From NCBI RefSeq assembly GCF_947497915.1, contig NZ_CANMIJ010000001.1, positions 925,611 to 989,610 on the forward strand: 64,000 nt of DNA, given 5' to 3'. The notes beneath the pieces were generated by a model. That model was not told the DNA's origin and ran no database searches. It worked only from the letters and a program-made list of their open reading frames with translations. The stretch comes from an uncultured Erythrobacter sp. (GTDB lineage: Bacteria; Pseudomonadota; Alphaproteobacteria; Sphingomonadales; Sphingomonadaceae). Below, one piece after another: positions 55,843-64,000 of this stretch. Numbering within the stretch: the first letter of the stretch is position 1; every line of letters starts with the position of its first letter. A program made the translations under genes and the position numbers.

Positions 55843-57822
55843 ATGACGATTGATACTTCGCGCTTGCAGAATATGGCCAACGCCATTCGCGCGCTCTCGA
55901 TGGACGCTGTGCAAGCAGCCAATTCCGGCCACCCCGGTATGCCGATGGGCATGGCGGATGCGGCGGCGGTGCTTTTCCAGAACCATCTGAAGTTTGATCC
56001 ATCGCGCCCTGATTGGGCCGACCGTGATCGCTTTGTCTTGTCCGCCGGTCACGGCTCAATGCTGATTTACAGCCTGTTGCACCTGAGCGGTTATGCGCGT
56101 CCGACGATGGATGACATCCGCAATTTCCGTCAGATCGGCAGCCCGTGCGCCGGTCACCCGGAAAACTTCCTGCTCGAAGGGGTCGAATGCACCACCGGCC
56201 CGCTGGGTCAGGGTATCGCAATGGCTGTCGGCATGGCGATGGCAGAGCGCAATCTCAACGCGACGTTTGGCGACGATATCGTCGATCACCGGACTTGGGT
56301 TGTTGCAGGCGACGGGTGCCTGATGGAAGGCGTGAATCACGAAGCCATCGGCCTAGCCGGACATCTGCACCTTGGCCGCCTCAACGTGCTTTGGGATGAT
56401 AACAACATCACAATTGACGGCCCGGCCGATCTATCCACCAGCGAAGATGTGAAGGCCCGGTATGAAGCGACCGGCTGGCACGTTGTCAGCTGCGATGGCC
56501 ATGACTTTGACGATATTGAGCGCGCTTTGAATGAAGCGAAAGCCGATGAGCGCCCTTCATTGATCGCGTGCAAAACGGTGATCGGGAAAGGCGCGCCGAC
56601 CAAACAAGGCACCAGTGCGACACACGGTGCGCCTCTGGGCGATGAAGAAATCGCTGGAGCGCGTGAGGCACTGGGCTGGAGCGCGGCTCCGTTTGAAGTG
56701 CCCGCCGATGTTCTTTCCGATTGGCGCGCGACTGGCGATGCTGGCCGCGATGCGTCCGGTTCCTGGAATGCCCGCTTGGCAGCGTCCGAGCATAAGAGCG
56801 AATTTGAGCGCCGGATGGCTGGAAATCTGCCAGACACTAATGTGATCGAAGACCATATCGCTGGATTGATCGCCGATCCTCAAGGTGTGGCGAGCCGAAA
56901 GGCCAGCGAAATGGCTTTGGCCGTGATCAATCCGGCAATGCCCGAAACTGTCGGCGGCAGCGCCGATCTTACAGGATCGAACAACACCAAAGCTGGCGGC
57001 ATCGAAGCGTTCACAGCTGATAATTACGGCGGCCGCTATGTCTATTACGGCATCCGCGAATTTGGCATGTCAGCTGCGATGAACGGCATGGCGCTGCACG
57101 GCGGCGTGATCCCGTATGGCGGCACCTTCCTCGTCTTCACCGATTATGCGCGCGGCGCGATCCGGCTTTCGGCCTTGCAAAAAGCGCGGGCGATCTATGT
57201 CATGACGCATGACAGCATTGGACTTGGCGAAGATGGCCCGACGCACCAACCGGTTGAGCATCTCGCTTCGCTGCGGGCTATGCCGAACCTGCTTGTTATG
57301 CGTCCGGCGGATTCAGTTGAAACTGCTGAATGCTGGCAGGTTGCTTTGCAGCAGGCTGATCGTCCGACGATCCTAGCGCTGTCGCGTCAGGGCTTGCCTC
57401 AGGTCCGCTTGAGCGATGCTGGTGAGAACCTGTCGGCCAAAGGCGCATACCGCCTGAAAGCAGCGGGCGCAGACCGCAAGGTTGTGATCCTCGCCACCGG
57501 CGCGGAGATCGGCGTCGCGATGGAAAGTGCAAAGGCGCTTGAAGAAGCGGGCATTGGCACCGACGTTGTCTCTATGGTCTGCACCGAACTTTTTGACGAG
57601 CAGGATGACGCATACCGCGCCGACCTGTTGCCGTCAGACGCTGTGATCGTATCAATCGAGGCAGCAAGCACTTTCGGGTGGCAGCGCTATACTGGCACCG
57701 GCGGTCTGAATATCGGCATCGACAGCTTTGGCGCGTCGGCACCGGCGAAAGACCTGTTCGCCCATTTCGGTTTCACTGCGGAGGCTATTGTCCCGCAAAT
57801 TCACAGCAAATTGAACGACTAA
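55843..57822 (+). CDS. tkt: Transketolase
   Basis: [37 protein letters not shown] and THQPVEH motifs. Confidence 0.98.
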   Translation: MTIDTSRLQNMANAIRALSMDAVQAANSGHPGMPMGMADAAAVLFQNHLKFDPSRPDWADRDRFVLSAGHGSMLIYSLLHLSGYARPTMDDIRNFRQIGSPCAGHPENFLLEGVECTTGPLGQGIAMAVGMAMAERNLNATFGDDIVDHRTWVVAGDGCLMEGVNHEAIGLAGHLHLGRLNVLWDDNNITIDGPADLSTSEDVKARYEATGWHVVSCDGHDFDDIERALNEAKADERPSLIACKTVIGKGAPTKQGTSATHGAPLGDEEIAGAREALGWSAAPFEVPADVLSDWRATGDAGRDASGSWNARLAASEHKSEFERRMAGNLPDTNVIEDHIAGLIADPQGVASRKASEMALAVINPAMPETVGGSADLTGSNNTKAGGIEAFTADNYGGRYVYYGIREFGMSAAMNGMALHGGVIPYGGTFLVFTDYARGAIRLSALQKARAIYVMTHDSIGLGEDGPTHQPVEHLASLRAMPNLLVMRPADSVETAECWQVALQQADRPTILALSRQGLPQVRLSDAGENLSAKGAYRLKAAGADRKVVILATGAEIGVAMESAKALEEAGIGTDVVSMVCTELFDEQDDAYRADLLPSDAVIVSIEAASTFGWQRYTGTGGLNIGIDSFGASAPAKDLFAHFGFTAEAIVPQIHSKLND

Positions 57823-57837
57823 GCAGGAGCTTCTCTC

Positions 57838-58845
57838 ATGGCTACCAAAGTTGCAATTAATGGTTTTGGCCGCATTGGCCGTCTTGTCGCCCGCGCTATT
57901 CTGGAACGGAGCGATCACGATCTGGAACTGGTTTCGATCAACGATCTGGCCGACACAAAATCGAACGCCTTGTTGTTCAAATACGACTCCACTCATGGCC
58001 GCTTCCCTGGCGAAGTGGATGTGAAAGACGGCGCGATTGTCGTCGGCGGCAAATCAATTGCTGTCACGAGTGAACGCGATCCGGCCAACTTGCCGCATGG
58101 CGAACAGGGCGTCGATATTGTGCTGGAATGCACCGGCTTCTTCCAAAGCGACGAGGCCTGCCGTCCGCACCTTGCTGCGGGTGCAAAACGTGTCCTGATT
58201 TCGGCTCCGGCCAAGAATGTCAGCGCGACTGTTGTTTACGGCGTGAACCACGATGTGCTCACTGCCGAGGACGTAATCGTCTCCAACGCAAGCTGCACCA
58301 CCAACTGCCTGTCGCCGATTGCGAAAGTTCTCAACGACACCGTCGGTATCGAGCGCGGCTTTATGACGACGATCCATTCCTACACCAACGATCAGCGTAT
58401 GCTGGATCAGATGCACGGTGATATGCGCCGTGCCCGCGGCGGTGCGCAGAACATGATCCCGACGACTACTGGCGCTGCGCGCGCTGTTGGTCTGGTGCTG
58501 CCTGAACTGGCTGGTAAGCTGGACGGATCGTCTGTTCGCGTTCCAACCCCGAATGTCAGCCTAGTCGACCTCGTATTCCAGCCCGGCCGCGACACGTCAG
58601 CAGAAGAGCTTAACACCGCGCTGAAAGCGGCGGCTGATGGCGCGATGAAAGGTGTGCTTGATTACACGGACGAGCCGCTGGTTTCGTCTGACTTCAACCA
58701 CCACCCTGCCAGCTCGACTGTCGACAGCCTTGAGACAAGCGTGATGGAAGGTAAACTTGCCCGCGTCGTTTCGTGGTATGACAACGAGTGGGGCTTTTCC
58801 AACCGCATGATCGATACTGCCGGTGTGATGGCAAAATTCCTCTAA
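57838..58845 (+). CDS. gap: Glyceraldehyde-3-phosphate dehydrogenase type I
   Basis: [19 protein letters not shown] and [11 protein letters not shown] motifs. Confidence 0.98.
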   Translation: MATKVAINGFGRIGRLVARAILERSDHDLELVSINDLADTKSNALLFKYDSTHGRFPGEVDVKDGAIVVGGKSIAVTSERDPANLPHGEQGVDIVLECTGFFQSDEACRPHLAAGAKRVLISAPAKNVSATVVYGVNHDVLTAEDVIVSNASCTTNCLSPIAKVLNDTVGIERGFMTTIHSYTNDQRMLDQMHGDMRRARGGAQNMIPTTTGAARAVGLVLPELAGKLDGSSVRVPTPNVSLVDLVFQPGRDTSAEELNTALKAAADGAMKGVLDYTDEPLVSSDFNHHPASSTVDSLETSVMEGKLARVVSWYDNEWGFSNRMIDTAGVMAKFL

Positions 58846-58884
58846 TCTACGCTTCGATCGGGCGCGACCCTTAAAGGACAACAC

Positions 58885-60084
58885 ATGGCCGCATTCAAAA
58901 CACTCGATGATTTGGGCGATGTGACCGGCAAGGTCGCGCTTGTTCGGGTTGATCTCAATCTGCCGATGAAAGACGGGTCTGCGACGGATGTAACCCGTGT
59001 CGAGGCGATCAAGCAGACCGTGCTGGAACTGGCGGAAAGGGGCGCGAAAGTGCTCATGCTGGCGCATTTCGGGCGTCCGGGCGGAAAGCGTTCATCTGTG
59101 CTTTCCACCAGTATGGTCGTTGGCGATGTTGAAGCGGTGCTCGGCAAAGAGCTGATGTTCATCCCTGAAGTCGCAGGGCCTGTGGTTGAGCAATCTATTG
59201 GTATCTTGCGCAATGGCGATATCGGACTGCTCGATAACACCCGTTTTTGGCCAGGTGAGACGGATAATGATCCGAACTTTGCGCAGGTCATCGCCGCGCA
59301 TGGCGATTTCTTCGTGAACGACGCCTTCAGCGCCGCGCACCGCGCTCACGCTACCACTGAAGGCATCACACATCATCTCCCGTCCTATGCGGGCCGCGCG
59401 ATGGAACGAGAGCTTACCGCGCTCGAGGCCGCGCTCGGCAAACCCGAAGCACCGGTTGCTGCGGTTGTGGGCGGGGCGAAAGTCTCAACCAAGCTGGCCG
59501 TGCTCGAAAACCTTGTTGGCAAGGTTCAGCACCTCATCATCGGCGGCGGCATGGCGAACACGTTCCTAGCCGCGCGCGGTGTGGATGTCGGCAAGTCGCT
59601 GTGTGAGCATGATCTGACGGACACTGCATCGAAGATCATGGATCAGGCCGATCATGCGGGCTGCACTGTACACCTTCCATATGATGTTGTGGTTGCGAAG
59701 GAGTTTGCCGAGAACCCATCCAGCTTGCGTACATGCAATGTCCACGAAGTGGCCGAGGATGAGATGATCCTCGACATCGGACCGCTCGCAACCGAAGCGC
59801 TCGCCGATGTTCTGAAGACGTGCCGCACGCTGGTGTGGAATGGCCCGTTGGGCGCGTTCGAGACTGAGCCGTTTGACACCGCAACAGTTGCGCTTGCCCG
59901 TCATGCTGCGGCTCTCACGCAGGAAGGCTCTCTAATCAGCGTCGCGGGCGGCGGAGACACCGTTGCCGCGCTGGCGCAGGCCGCTGTGACAGAAGACGTG
60001 ACTTATATCTCAACCGCTGGCGGCGCCTTCCTTGAATGGATGGAAGGCAAAGAGCTTCCCGGCGTCGCGGCGTTGAGCAAGTAA
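58885..60084 (+). CDS. pgk: Phosphoglycerate kinase
   Basis: VRVDLNLP, AHFGRP, NDAFSAAHRAHA, GGAKVSTK and STAGGAFLEWMEG motifs. Confidence 0.98.
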   Translation: MAAFKTLDDLGDVTGKVALVRVDLNLPMKDGSATDVTRVEAIKQTVLELAERGAKVLMLAHFGRPGGKRSSVLSTSMVVGDVEAVLGKELMFIPEVAGPVVEQSIGILRNGDIGLLDNTRFWPGETDNDPNFAQVIAAHGDFFVNDAFSAAHRAHATTEGITHHLPSYAGRAMERELTALEAALGKPEAPVAAVVGGAKVSTKLAVLENLVGKVQHLIIGGGMANTFLAARGVDVGKSLCEHDLTDTASKIMDQADHAGCTVHLPYDVVVAKEFAENPSSLRTCNVHEVAEDEMILDIGPLATEALADVLKTCRTLVWNGPLGAFETEPFDTATVALARHAAALTQEGSLISVAGGGDTVAALAQAAVTEDVTYISTAGGAFLEWMEGKELPGVAALSK

Positions 60085-60086
60085 GA

Positions 60087-60512
60087 ATGGCGGATATCGA
60101 AGCGATGATTGAGGCGCAGGAACTGCGCTTTTTACAAAGCTGGATGCACCGCGATGCGGGCGCAATCCGCGATATCGCTGCGCGCGATTTCATGATGATG
60201 GTGGGTAGCAATCCGCCCGAACTGCTTGATCGGCCAAGCTTCGTAGCCGCCGCAGAAGATGGATTTCGCTGCACCGGCTTCCGGCTTGGTCAGGCATTTG
60301 TCCGCCGGCACGGCCGCTGCGCATGGTATGCGGCGGGCGCGAAGCTTGATCTGGAGCTGGGCCGCACCGAATGGACCGGTGATTTCATGCTGACAGGTCT
60401 GTGGCGCAAATCCCGTTTCAAAGGGTGGAAGCTGGCGGAACACTCGGTTTCGCAAACATCCAAGGATGAACGCTTCACTCAGGCTGTACGCAGCTTGCAA
60501 ATGTGGACCTGA
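60087..60512 (+). CDS. NTF2-like (DUF4440/SnoaL-like) protein
   Basis: AQELRFLQSWMHRDAGAIRDI...TGLWRK...WKLAEHSVS pattern; starts 2 nt after the pgk stop. Confidence 0.65.
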   Translation: MADIEAMIEAQELRFLQSWMHRDAGAIRDIAARDFMMMVGSNPPELLDRPSFVAAAEDGFRCTGFRLGQAFVRRHGRCAWYAAGAKLDLELGRTEWTGDFMLTGLWRKSRFKGWKLAEHSVSQTSKDERFTQAVRSLQMWT

Positions 60513-60513
60513 A

Positions 60514-60981
60514 ATGAGCGAACCAACCACCGAATATGGCTATTACAACGCTGTAGAATGCACTGAGGGCGAATTCGCCGGATGGCACCATTGGAACCAC
60601 GATCCGTATGAGATGCGCAGCGGGCCGTTTTTTATGCGACGCGAGGATGACGGCACGTATCTAAGTGCGTTCCGCGCCGAGGCTCAGCATATGAACGGCG
60701 CAGGCTCGATGCATGGCGGCTGTTTGATGACTTTCGCCGATTTCGCGCTTTTCGCAATTGCGACGGATGAACTTGCCGGTGCAGATGCAGTCACAATGAA
60801 CCTGTCCAGCGATTTTCTTGGCGGTGTGTCCGAAGGTGCATTGGTTGAGGCCCGCGGTCAGGTTACGCGGGGCGGGGGCAAGACGGTGTTTGTTCGCGGC
60901 CTGATTACCGGAGACGGCAAACCCGCGCTGAGTTTTACCGGCATCATCCGCAAGTTTAGCCCGCGCAAAGCCGAAAAATAG
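60514..60981 (+). CDS. PaaI family thioesterase (hotdog fold)
   Basis: HMNGAGSMHGGCLMTFAD, VTMNLSSDFL and GGKTVFVRG motifs. Confidence 0.9.
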   Translation: MSEPTTEYGYYNAVECTEGEFAGWHHWNHDPYEMRSGPFFMRREDDGTYLSAFRAEAQHMNGAGSMHGGCLMTFADFALFAIATDELAGADAVTMNLSSDFLGGVSEGALVEARGQVTRGGGKTVFVRGLITGDGKPALSFTGIIRKFSPRKAEK

Positions 60982-60991
60982 AGAACCAGCA

Positions 60992-61627
60992 ATGACGCAG
61001 AGCAACCCTCTTTTTCCCACGCCGTTCATCGTTGATCGGCTGCAAAGCGAGGAGGGGATTGAGGCACTTCGGAGCGCGATTGCAGAAGAGCGCGCCCGCG
61101 ACAATGAGGGGCTCAAGATCTCGAACCTCGGAGGGTGGCATTCCAACACACAGATGATCGATTGGGGCGGCGCAGCGGCAAAGGCGCTTGCATACAAAGC
61201 CATGCAGATGGCGGACACCTACACTCTCGATGTGAAAAGCCCTCAAGACAGCCGCTTTGGCTGGGTCCCGGAAATGTGGGCCAATGTTTCGGGAAAGGGC
61301 GATGCGAACCAGTACCACACCCATCCGGGCAGCTTTTGGTCCGCCGTGGCTTATATCGATGACGGCTATAGTGGTGACAGCGACGCCGGGCTGGGCGGGC
61401 AATTGCAGGTGCTGGACCCGCGTATGCCGATGGTGCGTATGACTGCCCCGGATCTGCGGATCACAGATGGGAAGGGCAATGCCCAACAATCCGAGATGAG
61501 CATCCGTCCGGCCACAGGCATGATCGTGATGTTCCCAAGCTGGCTGCAACACGCTGTTCGCCCGTTTCACGGTGTGGGAACGCGGATTAGCATCGCAATC
61601 AACCTGACGCCGGGATTGAAGGCGTAA
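60992..61627 (+). CDS. Putative 2OG-Fe(II) oxygenase (TIGR02466-like)
   Basis: LFPTP, SNLGGWHS, WANV, HTHPGSFWSAVAYI and FPSWLQHAVRP...RISIAIN motifs. Confidence 0.85.
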   Translation: MTQSNPLFPTPFIVDRLQSEEGIEALRSAIAEERARDNEGLKISNLGGWHSNTQMIDWGGAAAKALAYKAMQMADTYTLDVKSPQDSRFGWVPEMWANVSGKGDANQYHTHPGSFWSAVAYIDDGYSGDSDAGLGGQLQVLDPRMPMVRMTAPDLRITDGKGNAQQSEMSIRPATGMIVMFPSWLQHAVRPFHGVGTRISIAINLTPGLKA

Positions 61628-61718
61628 AACACAGTTTATGCCGTTGCCCCGCGCCGCGGCGCTGGGTAAAGGCGAACGGACAAATTCTGCATAGGTATGC
61701 ACACCAGAGGGACGAGTG

Positions 61719-62609
61719 ATGAACACCGAAGAAATGACCGCCAAAATTGCCAACGGACAAGGCTTTATCGCGGCTCTCGATCAGTCGGGCGGTTCCACGC
61801 CAAAGGCGCTGCGCGGTTACGGTGTCGAAGACGGCGAATGGTCTGGCGATGATGAAATGTTCGCACAAATTCATGCCATGCGCAGCCGTGTAATCACCTC
61901 GCCCTGTTTCGGCAGCGGCAAAGTGATCGGCGCGATCCTGTTTGAAAAAACAATGGATGGCAGCGTCGATGGCAAATCCACCGCAGACGCTTTGAAAGCG
62001 CGCGGCATCGTGCCGTTTATCAAAGTCGATCAGGGCCTCGCCGATGAGGAAAACGGCGCGCAGGTGATGAAAACGCTCGATAAACTTCCTGCGTTGCTCG
62101 AAAAATCAGTCGCCAACGGAATGTTCGGCACAAAAATGCGCTCAGTGATCAAATCGGCCAATGCAGCCGGTATCGCTGCCGTGGTTGAACAACAATTCGC
62201 GGTTGGCAATCAAATCGCTGATGCTGGCCTGATGCCGATGTTGGAGCCTGAATTCGACATCACAGCAGAAGACCGCGAGGCAGGCGAAGACATCCTGCTT
62301 GCGGAGATTATGAAGGGCCTTGATGCGTTGCCAGAGGGCCGCAAGGTCATGCTGAAACTGTCGATCCCGGTGAAGGCTGGCCACTATACACCTGCAATCA
62401 ACCACCCCAATGTGCTGCGCGTCGTTGCGTTGTCGGGCGGGTATTCCACCGATGATGCCTGCGGGCACCTTGCGAAGAACCCGGGTATGATCGCAAGCTT
62501 TAGCCGCGGCCTGCTTCAGGATCTGCGCAAAGGGCAGTCGGATGACGAGTTCGACGGAACTTTGGGCAAGGCGATTGATCAGATCGCAACTGCGAGCTGC
62601 GCGGGATAG
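61719..62609 (+). CDS. Fructose-bisphosphate aldolase class I (bacterial type)
   Basis: FIAALDQSGGSTPKAL, PFIKVDQG, GTKMRSVI, LEPE and VALSGGYS motifs. Confidence 0.95.
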   Translation: MNTEEMTAKIANGQGFIAALDQSGGSTPKALRGYGVEDGEWSGDDEMFAQIHAMRSRVITSPCFGSGKVIGAILFEKTMDGSVDGKSTADALKARGIVPFIKVDQGLADEENGAQVMKTLDKLPALLEKSVANGMFGTKMRSVIKSANAAGIAAVVEQQFAVGNQIADAGLMPMLEPEFDITAEDREAGEDILLAEIMKGLDALPEGRKVMLKLSIPVKAGHYTPAINHPNVLRVVALSGGYSTDDACGHLAKNPGMIASFSRGLLQDLRKGQSDDEFDGTLGKAIDQIATASCAG

Positions 62610-62618
62610 CGTGACCGC

Positions 62619-63095
62619 ATGAACGCGCCCCGACACTTCGACTATTATCGAGGTGTGGCACCTATGATGTGGGTGATGTTCGCTCTTTCACTGCTTGAAT
62701 TGATCGCGGTGCATTTCTTCGTTGCGATCAAATGGCCCTATGTCGGGTGGCCTTTGACAATCATCTCGGCCATCGGCGCGATTGGAATTTTGGTCTGGAT
62801 ACGCTCATTCCGCAAGAAACCTCATCGGCTGGCTGATGGGCAACTGACGCTCAATTTCGGCTCTCTCAAATCGGTGACGCTCGATCTTGCAAACATAGCC
62901 CGTATCAAACGCGGTTGGGAGCAAGGTGCGCTTGAAAAGAAAGGGCACATCAATTTGGCTGGAATTGCCTTTCCTAATCGCTGCATCGAATTGGTGGAAC
63001 CTCTAGAGAAAGGCAAAACCCGCGTGTTTGTGCGCCTTGATGATCCGGGGGCCTTCGATGATGCCCTAAGCGATTGCAGTGTGGTGTTTGAGTGA
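62619..63095 (+). CDS. Hypothetical membrane protein
   Basis: Two N-terminal TM helices followed by a soluble PH-like region. Confidence 0.7.
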   Translation: MNAPRHFDYYRGVAPMMWVMFALSLLELIAVHFFVAIKWPYVGWPLTIISAIGAIGILVWIRSFRKKPHRLADGQLTLNFGSLKSVTLDLANIARIKRGWEQGALEKKGHINLAGIAFPNRCIELVEPLEKGKTRVFVRLDDPGAFDDALSDCSVVFE

Positions 63096-63164
63096 ACGCG
63101 TCTTGCTGGTTTGGGCAAAAGCTGCGCTTGGCGTTCACGCGAAGCCTCGCTAAGCGCGTAAGCG

Positions 63165-63812
63165 ATGATTGAAACACAGCTTTATCTGATATCCCCAGAA
63201 GAGGTCGGCGGCGATTTCCCCGCCCGGCTTGAACGCGCGCTTGAGGCGGGCAGCGGGGCCGTGACAGCATTCCAATTCCGCGTGAAAGGCGCGCAAGACC
63301 AGCATGAACTTGCCGATTTGGCGGCCCCTCTGCAGGCGATCTGCGCCGCGCATGATGTCGCCTTTGTCGTGAATGACAGCGTGCCGCTTGCCAAACGGCT
63401 TAAAGCGGACGGCGTGCATTTGGGGCAGGGCGACGGCGATCCGAAAGAAGCACGCGAGGAATTGGGCCGCGATGTCCAGATCGGTGTGACCTGTCATGCC
63501 TCCAAGCATATGGCGATGGATGCCGGTGAGGCGGGCGCGGATTACGTGGCCTTTGGCGCGTTTTTCGACAGCACGACGAAAGACAAAGGCGACGCGGAGC
63601 GCCCGACTATAGAGACGATCGAATGGTGGGCTACCTTGTTTGAGATCCCCTGCGTTGCCATTGGCGGAATTACGCCGGAGAATTGCGCTCCTTTAATCGA
63701 AGCGGGTGCGGATTTCCTCGCCGTTTCCGGCTCCGTCTGGAACGGAGATGAAGTAAAGGCTGTCGAAGCCTTCGCCAAAGTTATCAGTAAAACGAAAAGG
63801 CCAACGCCATGA
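63165..63812 (+). CDS. thiE: Thiamine phosphate synthase
   Basis: QFRVK, VVND, GVHLGQGD, DYVAFG, STTK and VAIGGI motifs. Confidence 0.88.
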   Translation: MIETQLYLISPEEVGGDFPARLERALEAGSGAVTAFQFRVKGAQDQHELADLAAPLQAICAAHDVAFVVNDSVPLAKRLKADGVHLGQGDGDPKEAREELGRDVQIGVTCHASKHMAMDAGEAGADYVAFGAFFDSTTKDKGDAERPTIETIEWWATLFEIPCVAIGGITPENCAPLIEAGADFLAVSGSVWNGDEVKAVEAFAKVISKTKRPTP

Positions 63813-64000
63813 AATTTTTCGATAGAATTCTGACAATCGTCATCACGGCCACTTTGACATCGGCCGCGTGGATTATCTTTGGCGGAACGGCATTTCAAAT
63901 GGCGAATGATCGTCAGGATACAGCCGAGCCGGCGGTAGAGGAACCTGCGCCAGCGCTTCCCGCGCCCGCGCCAGTGATTGCTCCGTCTGCGCCGCCGGTT
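63809..64000 (+). CDS. Membrane-anchored protein with Pro-rich linker, truncated by window edge
   Basis: Not in ORF track. ATG overlaps the thiE stop; MKFFDRILTIVITATLTSAAWIIFGG...EEPAPALPAPAPV is open to the end of the window. Confidence 0.7.
   Translation, partial: MKFFDRILTIVITATLTSAAWIIFGGTAFQMANDRQDTAEPAVEEPAPALPAPAPVIAPSAPPV

Noticed and set aside
63165-63812. thiE isolated from other thi genes
   Set aside because: Catalytic motifs are intact, and an fba-thiE neighbourhood is common in alphaproteobacteria.

Overview
Mostly conserved core chromosome of a GC-rich alphaproteobacterium; gene order and protein style point to Sphingomonadales, probably an Erythrobacter-like Erythrobacteraceae. 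It carries aroK-aroB, xerD-accA, two Flp pilins, folE, ahcY-divL-tsaE-amgK-murU-addB-addA-trxA, argJ, secA, an NAD kinase, mfd/sdhE/recG, thyA, a branched-chain 2-oxoacid dehydrogenase operon, zapA-6S RNA-5-formyl-THF cyclo-ligase and tkt-gap-pgk-...-fba-thiE. There are three tRNAs: Arg(ACG), Asn(GTT) and Asp(GTC). Three real ORFs missing from the supplied track were found by hand: a cyclase-family gene running off the left edge, a 54-aa Flp pilin at 8038-8202, and an ORF running off the right edge. The best candidate for an undescribed system is a 91-aa signal-peptide ORF directly upstream of secA. Its last codons can base-pair with the secA ribosome-binding region, a SecM-like secretion-monitor layout, but its C-terminal motif (PVLMGIDRAYE-stop) is unlike the arrest motifs I know. 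Second is a 1.25-kb integrase-less element bounded by a 49-bp att duplication of the tRNA-Asn 3' half, with repeated arm-like sites, a YopX gene and a small lipoprotein. Other signals are back-to-back EcfG-type promoters (one antisense to an SDR gene), a SahR-type operator at ahcY and a Cys-less redoxin/2OG-Fe(II) oxygenase fusion. All calls come from reading motifs by eye; no database searches or folding programs were run.
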